The notes under the pieces were generated by a model that worked only from the letters and a program-made list of their open reading frames with translations, did not search any database and was not told the DNA's origin. A program made the translations under genes and the position numbers. DNA of 64,000 nucleotides, taken from Alphaproteobacteria bacterium (GTDB lineage: Bacteria > Pseudomonadota > Alphaproteobacteria > Micavibrionales > Micavibrionaceae). This document shows, piece by piece, positions 1 through 10,258 of this stretch. Numbering within the stretch: position 1 is the first letter of the stretch; the number at the start of each line of letters is the position of its first letter. The stretch is from contig JAEUKN010000003.1 in the NCBI GenBank assembly GCA_016794305.1, forward strand, positions 6,707 to 70,706. Reading direction: 5' to 3'.

Positions 1-368
1 ATCTTGAGCGGTTTGGTTTCGCTCGCAATCATCGGTGTCGCGCACATCCAAGTGCGCAGGTGCGCCAGCCCGAAACCTGTTGCGATCAGCACGCACGCCA
101 GCGCGCAAAGCCGCGCCAGAAACATAAAATTCTGCCGATCAAAATGCTGGGTGAGGGTTGAGCGGTGATAAAGACTATGGAGTTTTAACCAGAGCAACAG
201 GCTTGATCCCAATAACATTCCTGTGATTGCAAAACTTGGTTCCCGGTCAAGCGCAAAATAAGCCGCCGAACCAATGCCTAAACACAGCGCAACCCAAATC
301 AGCACGCTGTCTTGCGCTTGGGCAAAATATTGTGTAAGTTTGGCGGTAATTTCTTTGGCCTCTATCAT
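1..368 (-). CDS. ComEC/Rec2-like membrane protein, N-terminal fragment (continues past window start)
   Basis: Open frame on the minus strand from ATG (368-366) to the window edge, checked codon by codon with no stops. It is absent from the ORF track because it is open-ended. Translation is MIEAKEITAKLTQYFAQAQDSVLIWVALCLGIGSAAYFALDREPSFAITGMLLGSSLLLWLKLH..., a hydrophobic N-terminus resembling alphaproteobacterial ComEC. A divergent comEC|gltX arrangement is common in that class. Confidence 0.45.
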   Translation of the reverse strand, partial: MIEAKEITAKLTQYFAQAQDSVLIWVALCLGIGSAAYFALDREPSFAITGMLLGSSLLLWLKLHSLYHRSTLTQHFDRQNFMFLARLCALACVLIATGFGLAHLRTWMCATPMIASETKPLK

Positions 369-390
369 TCTTACCTAATAGCAATTTCAA

Positions 391-1809
391 ATGACTGTGA
401 TAACCCGTTTTCCACCTTCGCCCACCGGATTCATGCATATTGGCACGGCCCGCACCGGGTTGTTCAATTGGCTCTATGCGCGCCGCTTTGGCGGTAAGAT
501 GTTGTTCCGCATTGAGGATACTGATCGTGCGCGACACTCCGAAGCCGCAGTCACGGCCATTATCAACGGTCTGCATTGGCTGGGGATTGATTGGGATGGC
601 GATGTGGTGTCGCAATTTTCCTGTACCGCGCGCCATGCCGAGATTGCACAGGCACTTTTGGCTCGCGGCGAAGCCTATTATTGCTACTGCACGCCCGAAG
701 AATTAGAGGCAATGCGCGAGAAGGCGAAAGAAGAGGGGCGCAGCAATTTTTATGACCGCAGATGGCGGGACTCTAAGGACACTCCCCCCGCAGGGGTGCA
801 ACCGGTGATCAGGATTAAGGCTCCGTTGACGGGTGAGAGAATCGTTGAAGACCGGGTGCAGGGAACAGTCAAAATCGCCGCCGAACAATTGGATGATTTT
901 ATTATTTTACGCGCGGACGGCACGCCGACCTATATGCTGGCCGTTGTGGTGGATGACCATGACATGGGCGTCACACATGTGATTCGCGGCGATGACCACC
1001 TGAATAACACTTTTCGCCAAAATGTGATTTATGAAGCCATGGGGTGGAATATCCCCACTTATGCGCATATTCCGTTGATCTTGGGGCCCGACGGGGCCAA
1101 ATTATCCAAACGTCACGGGGCGACATCGGTTGAGGAATATCGCGATATGGGCTACCTTCCCGAAGCGATGCGCAGTTATTTGCTGCGGCTCGGTTGGTCG
1201 CATGGTGATGATGATATCATCACGATGGATCAGGCCCTGGAATGGTTTGATCTGGACGGGATTGGTCGCAGCCCCTCGCGATTTGATTTTGACAAGCTGG
1301 ATCATATCAACGCATATTATCTTAAGCTTGCGGACCCTGCACGGCTCGTGGATTTATTGGCGGATATCTATTTGAAACGTGGTATCACGGTTGATGACCG
1401 CGGGCGGGCGCGGCTTTTGGCGCGCATGGATGAACTTAAAACCCGCAGCAAAAATTTGGGCACAATGGCCGATGATGCTGCATTTTTGGTGCTGCCCATT
1501 CCTTATGAATTTGATGAGAAGGCAAAATCTTTACTCAATGAGGATGGCCAATCAGTGGTCAATTTGGTGATAGATGCGCTGGAAAAACTCAATGAATTTA
1601 CGGCCCCCGTGATTGAACAAGCCTTCAAAGATTTGGCGGCCGCGCATGCGGGCGGTAAATTGGGCAAAATCATGATGCCGGTGCGCGCGGCATTGACGGG
1701 GCGTACGTCATCTCCCGCCCTTCCGGCTGCGATGGAGAGTATGGGGCGCGACGATGTTATCATACGCCTCAAATTCGCCGTTCAGGATAGTTTCTCGGCG
1801 GATATTTGA
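391..1809 (+). CDS. gltX: glutamyl-tRNA synthetase
   Basis: 472 aa. Class I signatures are present: PSPTGFMHIGTARTGLFNW (HIGH) and KLSKRHG (KMSKS). The protein is GltX-like over its full length. Confidence 0.95.
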   Translation: MTVITRFPPSPTGFMHIGTARTGLFNWLYARRFGGKMLFRIEDTDRARHSEAAVTAIINGLHWLGIDWDGDVVSQFSCTARHAEIAQALLARGEAYYCYCTPEELEAMREKAKEEGRSNFYDRRWRDSKDTPPAGVQPVIRIKAPLTGERIVEDRVQGTVKIAAEQLDDFIILRADGTPTYMLAVVVDDHDMGVTHVIRGDDHLNNTFRQNVIYEAMGWNIPTYAHIPLILGPDGAKLSKRHGATSVEEYRDMGYLPEAMRSYLLRLGWSHGDDDIITMDQALEWFDLDGIGRSPSRFDFDKLDHINAYYLKLADPARLVDLLADIYLKRGITVDDRGRARLLARMDELKTRSKNLGTMADDAAFLVLPIPYEFDEKAKSLLNEDGQSVVNLVIDALEKLNEFTAPVIEQAFKDLAAAHAGGKLGKIMMPVRAALTGRTSSPALPAAMESMGRDDVIIRLKFAVQDSFSADI

Positions 1810-1824
1810 ACCTGCGCAGTTTTC

Positions 1825-2928
1825 CTAAACCTTTGCCAGCTCTTTTATCACCGCATCGCCCATTTGGGATGTGGAAACCAATTCACATTCACGGTCCATG
1901 ATATCGGCGGTGCGGATTTTTTGATTGAGAACTTGGCGCACGGCACTCTCCAACGTATCGGCCAATTGCGGATAATCAAGTGAGAATCGCAATGCCATGG
2001 CAAAGCTCAAAATCGCCGCCAGAGGATTGGCTTTACCTGTTCCCGCAATATCGGGGGCGGAGCCGTGAACCGGCTCATAGAGCGCGTTTTGATGGCCCGA
2101 TGCGTCCCGCGCGCCCAAGGACGCAGAAGGTAACATACCCAGCGAACCGGTGAGCATTGCGGCTTCGTCCGAGAGAATATCACCAAATAGATTATCGGTG
2201 ACAATCACATCAAATTGCCGTGGATTGCGCAGCAATTGCATGGCGCAATTATCGGCATACATGTGGGAGAGGGCAATATCAGGATAATCCGCGCCCAATT
2301 TTTCGACCTCCTCCCGCCACAATTTGCCCGATTCCATCACATTGGATTTTTCACATGAACAAAGCCTTTTATTGCGTTTTTGCGCGAGTTCAAAGGCAAC
2401 CTTGGCCACACGCACAATTTCCGATGTGGTGTAAATCTGGGTGTTAAGCCCCTGACGCTCGCCATTCGGGAGGGGGGTAATCCCGCGCGGTTCGCCGAAA
2501 TAAACACCACCCGTCAACTCACGCACAATTAAAATATCAAGGCCGCGAATCACATCGGGCTTGATGGTCGATGACTCAATCAACGCATCAAACACGATGG
2601 CCGGGCGCAAATTGGCGAATAATTCCATGTCTTTGCGAATCTTCAACAGTCCCGCTTCGGGGCGCAACGCATAGTCAATATCCGCCCATTTTGCCCCCCC
2701 CACGGCCCCCAAAAGAACGCAATCGGCTTTTTTGCCAATCTCAATGGTTTCGGGGGTCACGGGGACGCCGTCACGGTCAATTCCGGCCCCGCCAATAGGG
2801 CGATCAATCAGGTCAATATTTGTGGCGTTTTTTTGATTGAGATGCGCGATAATTTTGCGGACCTCTTCCATCACTTCGGGGCCAATGCCGTCGCCCGGTG
2901 TCATAAGGATCGTGTGGTGTTGGGTCAT
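1825..2928 (-). CDS. leuB: 3-isopropylmalate dehydrogenase
   Basis: Motifs seen: [40 protein letters not shown] and the C-terminal [13 protein letters not shown]. Start trimmed to the ATG at 2928, which is preceded by GGGAGGA (complement of 2934-2940). The ORF-track start at 2952 has no RBS. Confidence 0.93.
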   Translation of the reverse strand: MTQHHTILMTPGDGIGPEVMEEVRKIIAHLNQKNATNIDLIDRPIGGAGIDRDGVPVTPETIEIGKKADCVLLGAVGGAKWADIDYALRPEAGLLKIRKDMELFANLRPAIVFDALIESSTIKPDVIRGLDILIVRELTGGVYFGEPRGITPLPNGERQGLNTQIYTTSEIVRVAKVAFELAQKRNKRLCSCEKSNVMESGKLWREEVEKLGADYPDIALSHMYADNCAMQLLRNPRQFDVIVTDNLFGDILSDEAAMLTGSLGMLPSASLGARDASGHQNALYEPVHGSAPDIAGTGKANPLAAILSFAMALRFSLDYPQLADTLESAVRQVLNQKIRTADIMDRECELVSTSQMGDAVIKELAKV

Positions 2929-2955
2929 GATATCCTCCCGTAATGGCCGCAAAGT

Positions 2956-2982
2956 CTGTAATGCCTGTAATGCCTGTAATGA
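2956..2982. repeat. 9-bp tandem repeat (ctgtaatgc x2 plus ctgtaatga) in the leuB 5' leader
   Basis: Read directly: ctgtaatgc ctgtaatgc ctgtaatga, located 28-54 nt upstream of the leuB start on the opposite strand. Confidence 0.8.
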
Positions 2983-3148
2983 TTAGAATCTAGCATTTAT
3001 AGGAGTCTTTGGCTGAGTTCAATATTTTATTTGCATTTGATTTGGGGTAAAAATTTGCTATGGCTAGGGGATGGGCAAAAACTTGATGTTGCCCGGAGTT
3101 GTTTGACCTGTGTCATTTTCTAATCATTTTAACACCAAAGTATTCACC

Positions 3149-5263
3149 ATGGCGGCTTTAGATTCTCAGCTTTTAATCGAACTTTTTTCCGAGGAAATCC
3201 CCGCGCGGATGCAGCAAGCAGCGCAGGACGGCTTTGCGGCCCTGATCCGCGCCAATTTGGAAAAATCAAAAATTGAATTTGCGGATATTAAAGCCTATTC
3301 CACCCCGCGGCGTTTGTGCGTGCATGTGACCGGATTACCAAAGATGTTGGCGGCACAGGTTGAGGAGCTTAAAGGTCCCGCAACCACCGCCGCGCCGGCG
3401 GCTTTGGACGGTTTTATGAAGAAAAATAATATCCTTAACCGCGATGATTTGATCACCAAAAACATTAAGGGGAGCGATTATTATTTCTTTGAAAAAAAGA
3501 CCGCCGGCGGTCCCACCATTGAAATATTGGGAGCAGTGATCACCCAGGCGATTGAGGCCCTGAGTTGGCCAAAATCCATGCGTTGGGGGGGACATCATTT
3601 CCGCTGGGTGCGGCCGCTTCATAGTATTTTGGCGATCTTTGACGGGGAAATTGTTCCGGGCAGTCTGGATCTGGGTAACAATGCTGTTTTAAATTTCTGT
3701 GATCACACCATGGGTCATCGCTTTATGGGATCGGGCGCGCAATTTTGCGTGCGGGATTTCGCGGAATATCAGCGGAAATTAGCTGAAAATTACGTGATTT
3801 TGGATCGCGCAGAGCGTAGGGAAAAAGTCTGGCACGGTGTGAATAATGCGGTCAGGCAATTGGGACATGCTTTTACGATTCTTGAGGATGAAAAGCTGCT
3901 CGATGAAGTGGTCGGACTGGTCGAGTGGCCAGTGCCATTTGTGGGCAGTTTCGATGCACAATTTTTGGAAATCCCGCGGGAAGTCATCACAACATCCATG
4001 CGCGAAAATCAACGCTATTTTTCTGTGATCAATGCGGATGGGCAATTGGATCATCATTTTGTCTGTGTGGCCAATATGGTGCCAAAGGATGACGGGGCCA
4101 CGATTATTCACGGTAATGAAAAAGTGTTGCGGGCGCGATTATCCGATGCGCGGTTTTTCTGGAATCAGGACTTAAAACAACCTTTGAGAGAATATGTCAA
4201 AAAATTGGATCAGATTCGGTTCCACGAAAAATTGGGCTCGATGCAGGATAAAACGAAACGGCTGGGAGATATTGTTACAAAATTGCAGTTGGAAATTTCC
4301 TCTAATCCTCCTCCGGGTTTTAAATCTCATCATGATGTCTGTGAAAAAGCAGCGCAATTATGTAAGGCCGATTTGGTAACGGGGATGGTTAAGGAGTTTC
4401 CGGAACTCCAAGGCATTATGGGCGGATATTACGCCGCAAAATCCTCTGAAATCGAGGGGGTGGCTGATGCCATACGTACGCATTATTCCCCGCTTGGCCC
4501 GAATGATCCGTGTCCGCGTACGGGCGATGCCGCGATTTTGGCCTTGGCGGATAAGCTGGATAATTTGGTCGGATTCTTTGCAATTGGTGAAAAACCCACG
4601 GGCAGCAAAGACCCATTTGCCTTGCGGCGCTCGGCTTTGGGGGTTATAAGATTATTACTGGAAAATGAGATTGAGATCAATATTGATACGTGTTTACACT
4701 ATGCGGTGGACGCGTACAGAAGTGAAGGCAAAACAAAATTAGCCGGTATACCGGATGGGCTGGTTGACTTTGTTAAAGACCGCTATAAAGGATTATTGAA
4801 ATCGCAAAACTATGATCCAACCATTATAGACTCGGTTGTCGGTCCGGCGATCAATTTAAATGTTGTTGGCTTAACCCGGCGTGTCAAAACTTTAAGTGAA
4901 TTTATGAAAACTGATCAGGGCCAGGCTGTTCTTCAAACCCTCAAGCGCGTACATAATATTTTGGAAAGTGAAGGGAAAAAATCAACTCTGTCTAACACGA
5001 CACTTGATCAAAAGCTTTTGCAACTTCCGGCTGAGCATAATTTATACCAACAACTTCAGGATTTTATACCAAAATGGCATAAATTGGTGGCGGAGCAAAA
5101 TGACGCTGACTCGCTAACGCTTTTAAATCATTTACAGCCCTATATTCATGAGTTTTTTGACGGGGTGTTGGTCAACGACCCGGACCCGGCGATGAAAACC
5201 AACCGATTGGCTTTGTTGGCGCAAATTCGCGATGAAACCGCCCGATTACTGCCCGTTGGATGA
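3149..5263 (+). CDS. glyS: glycyl-tRNA synthetase beta subunit
   Basis: N-terminus LLIELFSEEIPARMQ and the full-length architecture are typical of GlyS. ATG at 3149 preferred over the GTG at 3110. Confidence 0.92.
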   Translation: MAALDSQLLIELFSEEIPARMQQAAQDGFAALIRANLEKSKIEFADIKAYSTPRRLCVHVTGLPKMLAAQVEELKGPATTAAPAALDGFMKKNNILNRDDLITKNIKGSDYYFFEKKTAGGPTIEILGAVITQAIEALSWPKSMRWGGHHFRWVRPLHSILAIFDGEIVPGSLDLGNNAVLNFCDHTMGHRFMGSGAQFCVRDFAEYQRKLAENYVILDRAERREKVWHGVNNAVRQLGHAFTILEDEKLLDEVVGLVEWPVPFVGSFDAQFLEIPREVITTSMRENQRYFSVINADGQLDHHFVCVANMVPKDDGATIIHGNEKVLRARLSDARFFWNQDLKQPLREYVKKLDQIRFHEKLGSMQDKTKRLGDIVTKLQLEISSNPPPGFKSHHDVCEKAAQLCKADLVTGMVKEFPELQGIMGGYYAAKSSEIEGVADAIRTHYSPLGPNDPCPRTGDAAILALADKLDNLVGFFAIGEKPTGSKDPFALRRSALGVIRLLLENEIEINIDTCLHYAVDAYRSEGKTKLAGIPDGLVDFVKDRYKGLLKSQNYDPTIIDSVVGPAINLNVVGLTRRVKTLSEFMKTDQGQAVLQTLKRVHNILESEGKKSTLSNTTLDQKLLQLPAEHNLYQQLQDFIPKWHKLVAEQNDADSLTLLNHLQPYIHEFFDGVLVNDPDPAMKTNRLALLAQIRDETARLLPVG

Positions 5264-5267
5264 CGCT

Positions 5268-5837
5268 ATGACTCCTGAGCCGATTTCAAATGTTGAGGTA
5301 GCAAAACAACAACTATCCTGTGCAGTTGAGCTTTTTTTTAACAAAGAACATATGGCCGTAGTAGCCACGCTTGTTTTTTCTGCATATGGCATTTTAGTTG
5401 ATTTAGTCAAGGATAAAGGATGTTTTCGTGACTTTATGCAAGATACAGCTAGTAAGGATGATATAGCTTCACGAGATTTGTGGAATGAATGGAACTCTGA
5501 GTGGGGTTTTTTAAAGCATGCTAGATCAGGCCTTGAAAGCAAAATTATTAATGAAGATTTTATTGCTCAAATACTTTTTACAGCAATTTACGATTTTCAA
5601 TTGTTAAGGGACAAATTGGAGAATAATAGTCTACCTGCCCCGTCAACCGCAATGGATCTGTATCAGTCGTGGTTTTATGCAACAGATTCTAAGTTAATGA
5701 CCTGTGAGAAAAGTCTGAAAATAAAGCGTGATGCCAATGAACTTTTCCCAAATATTAAACTTCTGAGCAAAAGTAGGCAGTTAGATCAGGGAAAGGCAGT
5801 TATAAAGTCATGGACTGAGGGCGGAAATGCTGTTTAA
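5268..5837 (+). CDS. hypothetical protein (orphan, visibly AT-rich)
   Basis: Open frame. ATG at 5268 lies just after the glyS stop (5261-5263). Predicted helical protein with no motif I recognise. Composition is more AT-rich than both neighbours. Confidence 0.5.
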   Translation: MTPEPISNVEVAKQQLSCAVELFFNKEHMAVVATLVFSAYGILVDLVKDKGCFRDFMQDTASKDDIASRDLWNEWNSEWGFLKHARSGLESKIINEDFIAQILFTAIYDFQLLRDKLENNSLPAPSTAMDLYQSWFYATDSKLMTCEKSLKIKRDANELFPNIKLLSKSRQLDQGKAVIKSWTEGGNAV

Positions 5838-5951
5838 AAATTATATCTTAATATATGATATATGCGATCTAATATATTTACAAAAATTTTAACCTTGTAC
5901 ACTTGAGATACTCTAATCTTTTTATTAACCAGTTTAAATGGCACGATATCA

Positions 5952-8138
5952 ATGACCTCTAATGCCGCCGAACTCATTGCACAAATCAAAACCTACGACC
6001 CGGATGTCGATGGGGCGATGGTGGAACGCGCGGTGGAATTCGCCAAGGTCAAGCATGAAGGCCAGACAAGATCATCGGGCGAACCCTATTACACTCATCC
6101 GCTTGAGGTTGCGGGAATTCTGGCCGATCTGCGCATGGACACAGTCACCATCATCACCGCGATTTTGCATGATACGTTAGAGGATACATCGGCAACATCA
6201 GAGGAAATAGAAAAGCAATTCTCGCCTGAGGTTGCGCAATTGGTCAATGGCGTGAGCAAGTTGACCAAAATCGAAAGCCAAACGGTGGAGGGCAAGCAAG
6301 CCGAAAATTTCCGCAAATTATTGCTGGCGATGTCCGAAGATATTCGGGTTTTGCTGGTGAAGCTTGCGGACCGGCTGCATAATATGCGGACGCTCCATCA
6401 TATTACCAAGACGGAAAAACGTTTTCGCATTGCACGCGAAACCATTGATATTTACGTCCCACTGGCTGAGCGTATCGGGTTGCATAAGGTCAAGGAAGAC
6501 CTTGAGGATCTCTCATTTTCCTACATCAACCCGGAGGCGAGGGATAGCATCACCAATCGGCTTTCTTTCCTGCGGCAGGAGGGGACGGATATCGTCAACA
6601 CGATCATTCGGGAATTGAATAAGATCGTGGCCGAGGCAGGGATACAGGCCCAAGTCACGGGGCGGGAGAAAACGCGCTATTCCATCTGGAAAAAAATGCA
6701 GCGTAAGAATGTGGCGTTTGAACAACTTTCAGACATTATGGCGTTTCGCATTGTCGTGAATAATTTGGCCGAATGTTACCATGTGTTGGGCGTGGTGCAT
6801 TCCAAATATTCGGTGGTGCCGGGGCGGTTTAAGGATTATATCTCAACCCCCAAACCCAACGGATATCGTTCGATTCACACCACCGTTATTGGTCCTGAAA
6901 ACCAACGCATTGAAATTCAAATCCGCACCCATGACATGCACGCCGAGGCGGATTTGGGTGTGGCCGCACATTGGGCGTATAAGCAAAATGACGTGAAGGC
7001 CGCGATCTCGGACGCTAAGAAATATCGTTGGCTGCGTGAATTGCTCGATATTCTGGAGCAAGATCAACGCCCCGAAGATTTCTGGGAAAACACCAAATTG
7101 GAATTGTTCCAGGAACAGGTCTTTGTCTTTACGCCCAAGGGTGATTTGTTCGAACTTCCCACCGGATCCACGCCGATTGATTTTGCCTATGCCATTCACT
7201 CGGATGTCGGGAATCGTTGTATCGGGGCCAAGGTGAACGGACGGATTGCACCGCTCAATGCTAAGCTTCAAAATGGCGATCAGGTGGAAATCGTCACCGC
7301 CAAAACCCAAAAACCTTCCCCGACTTGGGAACGGTTTGTGGTCACGGGTAAGGCCAGGTCGCATATTCGCCGCTTTATTCGCCAGCAGCAACGCGCGGAA
7401 TATATCACGCTCGGTAAGGCGATGCTGCAAAAAATCTTCAAAACCGAGGGCTATGAATTCACTGATAAGGCGGTGAGCGGCGTTGTCGATCAATATCAGG
7501 AATGCCAGGATATTGATGATATTTACGCCGGAATTGGTGCCGGAAATATTGTCGGGCGCGATGTGTTCCGTGCGATTTTCCCCGCGCATAAATCGGAACA
7601 GGAATTGGCCAAGCTCGCCCCGGTTGATGAGTTGGGCGCACTGAAACCGCAAAGCCAAAATCAACCGCGCAGCGGCAAATTGCAACCGATGCCGATTAAG
7701 GGGCTGATCCCCGGCATGGCGGTGCATTTTGCGCGTTGTTGCCACCCGCTTCCGGGGGATCGCATCGTGGGCATTGTCACCAGCGGACGAGGAGTCACGG
7801 TGCATACAATTGACTGCGAAACGTTGGAACAATTTGCCGATACCCCCGAACGCTGGATTGATGTATCATGGGGCGATGGGCGTGATAACCCGGAAAACCG
7901 TGTGGGGCGGTTGATGGTCACTATTGCCAACTCTCCGGGGGCTTTAGGAACGCTCTCTACTGTGATTGGCAAAAGTGCCAGCAACATCACCAATTTAAAA
8001 ATTATCAGCCGCAGTGTTGACTTTTGGGATATGTATCTCGATGTTGTGGTAACGGATACAAAGCATTTGAATCATATTTTGGCGGCCCTGCGTGCCACCC
8101 CGCAAGTGATCAGTGTCGAGCGCGTGCGGGGGCGGTAG
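5952..8138 (+). CDS. spoT: bifunctional (p)ppGpp synthetase/hydrolase (RSH family)
   Basis: 728 aa. HD hydrolase motifs (HPLEVAGIL, LHDTLEDT), a RelA/SpoT synthetase core (YRSIHTTV, EIQIRT), TGS (FTPKGDLFELPTGSTPIDFAYAIHSDVG) and a C-terminal ACT-like region. Confidence 0.95.
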   Translation: MTSNAAELIAQIKTYDPDVDGAMVERAVEFAKVKHEGQTRSSGEPYYTHPLEVAGILADLRMDTVTIITAILHDTLEDTSATSEEIEKQFSPEVAQLVNGVSKLTKIESQTVEGKQAENFRKLLLAMSEDIRVLLVKLADRLHNMRTLHHITKTEKRFRIARETIDIYVPLAERIGLHKVKEDLEDLSFSYINPEARDSITNRLSFLRQEGTDIVNTIIRELNKIVAEAGIQAQVTGREKTRYSIWKKMQRKNVAFEQLSDIMAFRIVVNNLAECYHVLGVVHSKYSVVPGRFKDYISTPKPNGYRSIHTTVIGPENQRIEIQIRTHDMHAEADLGVAAHWAYKQNDVKAAISDAKKYRWLRELLDILEQDQRPEDFWENTKLELFQEQVFVFTPKGDLFELPTGSTPIDFAYAIHSDVGNRCIGAKVNGRIAPLNAKLQNGDQVEIVTAKTQKPSPTWERFVVTGKARSHIRRFIRQQQRAEYITLGKAMLQKIFKTEGYEFTDKAVSGVVDQYQECQDIDDIYAGIGAGNIVGRDVFRAIFPAHKSEQELAKLAPVDELGALKPQSQNQPRSGKLQPMPIKGLIPGMAVHFARCCHPLPGDRIVGIVTSGRGVTVHTIDCETLEQFADTPERWIDVSWGDGRDNPENRVGRLMVTIANSPGALGTLSTVIGKSASNITNLKIISRSVDFWDMYLDVVVTDTKHLNHILAALRATPQVISVERVRGR

Positions 8139-8220
8139 TGGATAAAGCAGGTGTGCGGGGGCGATAAAACTATGAATCAAGTATGGGCAATCATTTAATC
8201 AGAAACGGCAAAGTGGTCAT

Positions 8221-8862
8221 ATGTTTGGACGACGAGAAAAGCCCGGTTACGGCGAAATGTTGCGGCAAGTTTTATGGCCGCGAATGGGGTGGAAACGGGC
8301 CGGACGTTACATCCAACATCGCTTGGTGCGCTTAAAGGACTCGAATGCCGCCGTGGCCAACGGTTTGGCGATTGGTGCCGGGATTTCTTTTGTGCCGTTG
8401 CCGGGGACGCATATTTTGGGCGCGGCGGCACTCTCTTGGGCCACACGCGGCAATCTTTTGGCCTCGGTCATTGGCACATTGGTGGGGAACCCTTGGACTT
8501 TGCCCTTGATGTGGTGGGCATCCTATAAGGTCGGAGATTGGATTTTCACCCTCCTTAATCTCCCTGTACGGGCCATGCCGATTCATTTCAGTTTTGAAAA
8601 TTTGATCGAAGAAGTCACCACCGATATCAAATCGCTCTTGCTGCCGTGGGTGTGTGGCGGCGCAGTTTTGGGGATTTTGAGCTGGCCGTTTTTCTACATT
8701 TTATTTTATTACCTGATTAAACAGGCGCGGGCGGGAAAGCATCGTTGGAAAGAAAACCGTCTTCATAAGGCCGGGCGCAAATTGACCCATCTTAAAAACC
8801 CTCACGATGGTCAATCTTTTGAGGACTCAAAGCGTAAAAACTCGAGGGATGATCAAGGATGA
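8221..8862 (+). CDS. DUF2062-family membrane protein
   Basis: 213 aa. Contains [55 protein letters not shown], typical of DUF2062. Occupies the spoT-acpS position seen in many Alphaproteobacteria. Confidence 0.7.
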   Translation: MFGRREKPGYGEMLRQVLWPRMGWKRAGRYIQHRLVRLKDSNAAVANGLAIGAGISFVPLPGTHILGAAALSWATRGNLLASVIGTLVGNPWTLPLMWWASYKVGDWIFTLLNLPVRAMPIHFSFENLIEEVTTDIKSLLLPWVCGGAVLGILSWPFFYILFYYLIKQARAGKHRWKENRLHKAGRKLTHLKNPHDGQSFEDSKRKNSRDDQG

Positions 8863-9269
8863 TCTTGGGAATAGGGAGTGATTTGATTGACATACGCCGC
8901 ATTGAAAAAACTTTGGCGCGCTTTGGCGATCGTTTTATCACGCGATGTTTCGATCAAATTGAAATTGCAAAGGCTGAGCGGCGGCGCGCCGCAGGCACGC
9001 ATATTGCTACCTATGCCAAACGCTTTGCCGCTAAGGAAGCCTGTGCGAAGGCTTTGGGCACAGGATTTAATGCGGGTGTGTATATGCGCGATATTGTGGT
9101 GGTGAATGACCCGTTGGGGCGGCCAACGATTGAACTTAAAAACGGGGCTTTAAGGCAACTGCACCGCTTGACACCGCAGGGCAAAATCGCGCATATACAG
9201 CTAAGCTTGACAGATGAACCGCCGCTGGCGATGGCGCAGGTGATAATCGAAGCGCATAAGGACCTATAA
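8859..9269 (+). CDS. acpS: holo-[acyl-carrier-protein] synthase
   Basis: 136 aa. N-terminus [17 protein letters not shown] and [14 protein letters not shown] are AcpS signatures. ATGA overlap with the upstream gene. Confidence 0.92.
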   Translation: MILGIGSDLIDIRRIEKTLARFGDRFITRCFDQIEIAKAERRRAAGTHIATYAKRFAAKEACAKALGTGFNAGVYMRDIVVVNDPLGRPTIELKNGALRQLHRLTPQGKIAHIQLSLTDEPPLAMAQVIIEAHKDL

Positions 9270-9341
9270 AGAGGAACTATAAAGAGGAACTATAAAGAGG
9301 AACTATAAAGAGGAACTATAAAGAGGAACTATAAAGAGGAA
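9264..9341. repeat. perfect 13-bp tandem repeat, 6 copies (ctataaagaggaa), plus a degenerate 7th unit running into the lepB start
   Basis: Counted directly. The first unit contains the acpS stop (TAA at 9267-9269). Every unit contains an AAGAGGA Shine-Dalgarno-like core. The last unit serves as the lepB RBS (ATG at 9350). Confidence 0.95.
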
Positions 9342-9349
9342 CCATAAAT

Positions 9350-10171
9350 ATGATGAGCCCCAAACCAACTGACTCTCCGTCTCCTCTTGATGACCCGAAT
9401 AATCCTGCGGATTGTAAGGATATATCACGCCAGAATCCACCGCAAGAAAGCCTTGGCGAAACGGCTAAAACCATCCTCATCGCGATTATTCTGGCATTAT
9501 TGGTGCGCACATTTTTATTTGAACCGTTTAATATTCCGTCAACCTCGATGGTTCCAAATTTATTGGTTGGCGATTATTTGTTTATTTCGAAATATTCCTA
9601 TGGGTATAGCCAATATTCTCTGCCCTTTGGTGTGGCAAAGTTTGAGGGGCGTTTTATGGAGGAAAAGCCCAAACAAGGCGATATCGTGGTGTTTAAACTC
9701 CCCTCTAACACAAACATAGACTATGTTAAAAGGTTGGTCGGCATGCCCGGGGATAAAATCCAGATGATTAACGGGCGGCTCTATATTAATGACGAAATTG
9801 TGCCGCGCGAAGAACTGGGTATGGCGGATTATAAAAATGAAAATAATCAAACGGTCAAGGTTACAAAATATATGGAGACTTTGCCGAATGGGGTTAAACA
9901 TGTAATCTATGAAAAATCAGACACGGGGCCACTGGATAATACAGACCAATTCGTGGTGCCGGCCAATCATTATTTTATGATGGGCGATAATCGGGATAAT
10001 TCCCAAGATAGCCGCGTGACCAGTTTGGTGGGCTATGTCCCCTTCGATAATTTCGAAGGACGCGCCGAACTTATCTTCTTTTCCACCAACGGCAAAGCCA
10101 GATTGTGGGAATTTTGGAAATGGCCGTGGACCATACGATATGATCGATTGTTTGAGAGTTTAAAAGTTTGA
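9350..10171 (+). CDS. lepB: signal peptidase I
   Basis: 273 aa. Catalytic Ser box PSTSMVPNLLVGDY, Lys box YVKRLVGMPGD and GDNRDNSQDSR. Confidence 0.93.
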   Translation: MMSPKPTDSPSPLDDPNNPADCKDISRQNPPQESLGETAKTILIAIILALLVRTFLFEPFNIPSTSMVPNLLVGDYLFISKYSYGYSQYSLPFGVAKFEGRFMEEKPKQGDIVVFKLPSNTNIDYVKRLVGMPGDKIQMINGRLYINDEIVPREELGMADYKNENNQTVKVTKYMETLPNGVKHVIYEKSDTGPLDNTDQFVVPANHYFMMGDNRDNSQDSRVTSLVGYVPFDNFEGRAELIFFSTNGKARLWEFWKWPWTIRYDRLFESLKV

Positions 10172-10187
10172 GAGTTTGAAAGTCAGT

Positions 10188-10258
10188 TAGACCATTTTTT
10201 TTTGAGTCGACTTAAACCAAAAATGGTCTAGACCCCGCATCAGGGGCGGGGTTACGAC
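10188..10258. repeat. two adjacent dispersed hairpin modules (tagaccattttt...aaaaatggtcta, then accccgc...gcggggt)
   Basis: The first hairpin (10188-10230) recurs at 30536-30582 and 43598-43640. The GC hairpin (10231-10258) recurs at about 31216-31250 (inverted), 31766-31793 and partially at about 34640. It may also act as the lepB terminator. Confidence 0.8.

Noticed and set aside
247-636. 129-aa minus-strand ORF overlapping the gltX start
   Set aside because: It overlaps the well-supported gltX N-terminus. The real minus-strand gene upstream of gltX is in another frame (ATG at 368, ComEC-like) and runs off the window.
6843-7832. 329-aa minus-strand ORF inside spoT
   Set aside because: It is antisense to the TGS/linker region of a full-length RSH protein. 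The translation is low-complexity and Arg-rich, with no RBS. Shadow ORF.
9264-9341. Possible CRISPR array (regular short repeats)
   Set aside because: The units are directly abutting 13-mers with no spacers. There are no cas genes in the window. It is a microsatellite-type tandem repeat.
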